Below are positions 46,404 through 47,003 of a stretch of 47,003 bases of DNA, piece by piece. Source of the DNA: Deltaproteobacteria bacterium. Its GTDB lineage: Bacteria > Myxococcota_A > UBA9160 > SMWR01. The stretch's first letter is position 1; each line of letters starts with the position of its first letter. A program made the translations under genes and the position numbers. The stretch spans positions 1 to 47,003 of the forward strand of contig JAQBHB010000012.1 in NCBI GenBank assembly GCA_032128115.1, read 5' to 3'. Under the pieces are notes generated by a model. It made no database searches and had not been told where the DNA came from. It worked only from the letters and a program-made list of their open reading frames with translations.

Positions 46404-47003
46404 CTAGCTCTTGAGGGATTCGGCGATCGCCTTCATCTCGTCGGCGATGCTTGCGGGGATGACATAGCCTGCGGGCTCGCGAATCTGGTCGATGTGGTCG
46501 CGGATGTCCTCCACGCTGGGAACCGTGCCCTTGGGCGCGACCCAGCCCGGCGCCATCCCGATGAAGATGCGCGCGTAGCGACCGCCGCCCACGTCGAAGA
46601 TCTCGTGGGTGAAGTCGCAGGTCTCGGACACCAGGTACGACACCAGCGGGGTCACGAGTCCCGGCTCCAGCGCGTCGGCCATGGGCCCCAGCAGCTGCTC
46701 GGTCAGACGCGTCTTCGCGATGGGAGCGATCACGTTGCTCTTGATGTTGTACTTCGCACCTTCCACGGCGAGCACGTTCGACAGGCCGACGAGGCCCATC
46801 TTGGCGGCGCCGTAGTTGGTCTGGCCGAAGTTGCCGAAGACGCCCGCGCCCGAAGCCGTGAAGAGCAGACGGCCGTAGCCGTTCTCCTTCATGTTCCGGA
46901 AGGCGGGCTGCGAGACGTAGAAGGCGCCCTTCAGGTGGACGTCGATCACGATCTCGAGGTCCTCGGGGGGCAGCTTCACGAACGTCTTGTCGCGCAGGAT
47001 GCC
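46404..47003 (-). CDS. MFE-2-like SDR (3R-hydroxyacyl-CoA dehydrogenase), 5' end outside window
   Basis: GILRDKTF at the window edge, [31 protein letters not shown]. Confidence 0.9.
   Translation of the reverse strand, partial: GILRDKTFVKLPPEDLEIVIDVHLKGAFYVSQPAFRNMKENGYGRLLFTASGAGVFGNFGQTNYGAAKMGLVGLSNVLAVEGAKYNIKSNVIAPIAKTRLTEQLLGPMADALEPGLVTPLVSYLVSETCDFTHEIFDVGGGRYARIFIGMAPGWVAPKGTVPSVEDIRDHIDQIREPAGYVIPASIADEMKAIAESLKS

Noticed and set aside
1..47003. Mobile elements, prophage, tRNA or rRNA genes
   Set aside because: No transposase, integrase or phage motifs, terminal repeats or cloverleaf/rRNA signatures were seen by eye. tRNAscan-SE or Infernal would be needed to exclude small RNAs fully.

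Overview
GC-rich bacterial chromosomal segment with about 51 mostly housekeeping or accessory CDSs. Gene content and style suggest a Myxococcota/deltaproteobacterial organism (inference only). No rRNA, tRNA, CRISPR array or mobile element was recognised. Left end (1-8.5 kb): a cell-surface cluster of two sulfatase-like proteins, two PEP-CTERM proteins behind a sigma-54 promoter, a dockerin-bearing zinc metalloprotease translationally coupled to a cohesin-like putative lipoprotein, and a GT-C-like TPR membrane protein. Then srkA, a B12 module (ethylmalonyl-CoA mutase meaA/ecm, meaB, pduO), a Cas4-like solo nuclease and gloB. A lipid-centred middle region carries two acyltransferase+SDR-like modules (one led by an orphan ParA), etfBA, efp, a patatin, a WYL regulator and a TetR+diiron oxygenase. 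The rest holds an M16 peptidase pair, yciH, gltA, several SDRs, an ABC exporter, ctaA and a split MFE-2-like SDR/MaoC pair. The best candidates for undescribed systems are (1) a non-cellulosomal cohesin-dockerin protease display module and (2) a ParA-acyltransferase-pseudo-SDR operon that may position a lipid-synthesis or lipid-body machinery. Several apparent pseudo-enzymes and operator palindromes are also noted. All calls come from motif reading by eye; no searches were run.
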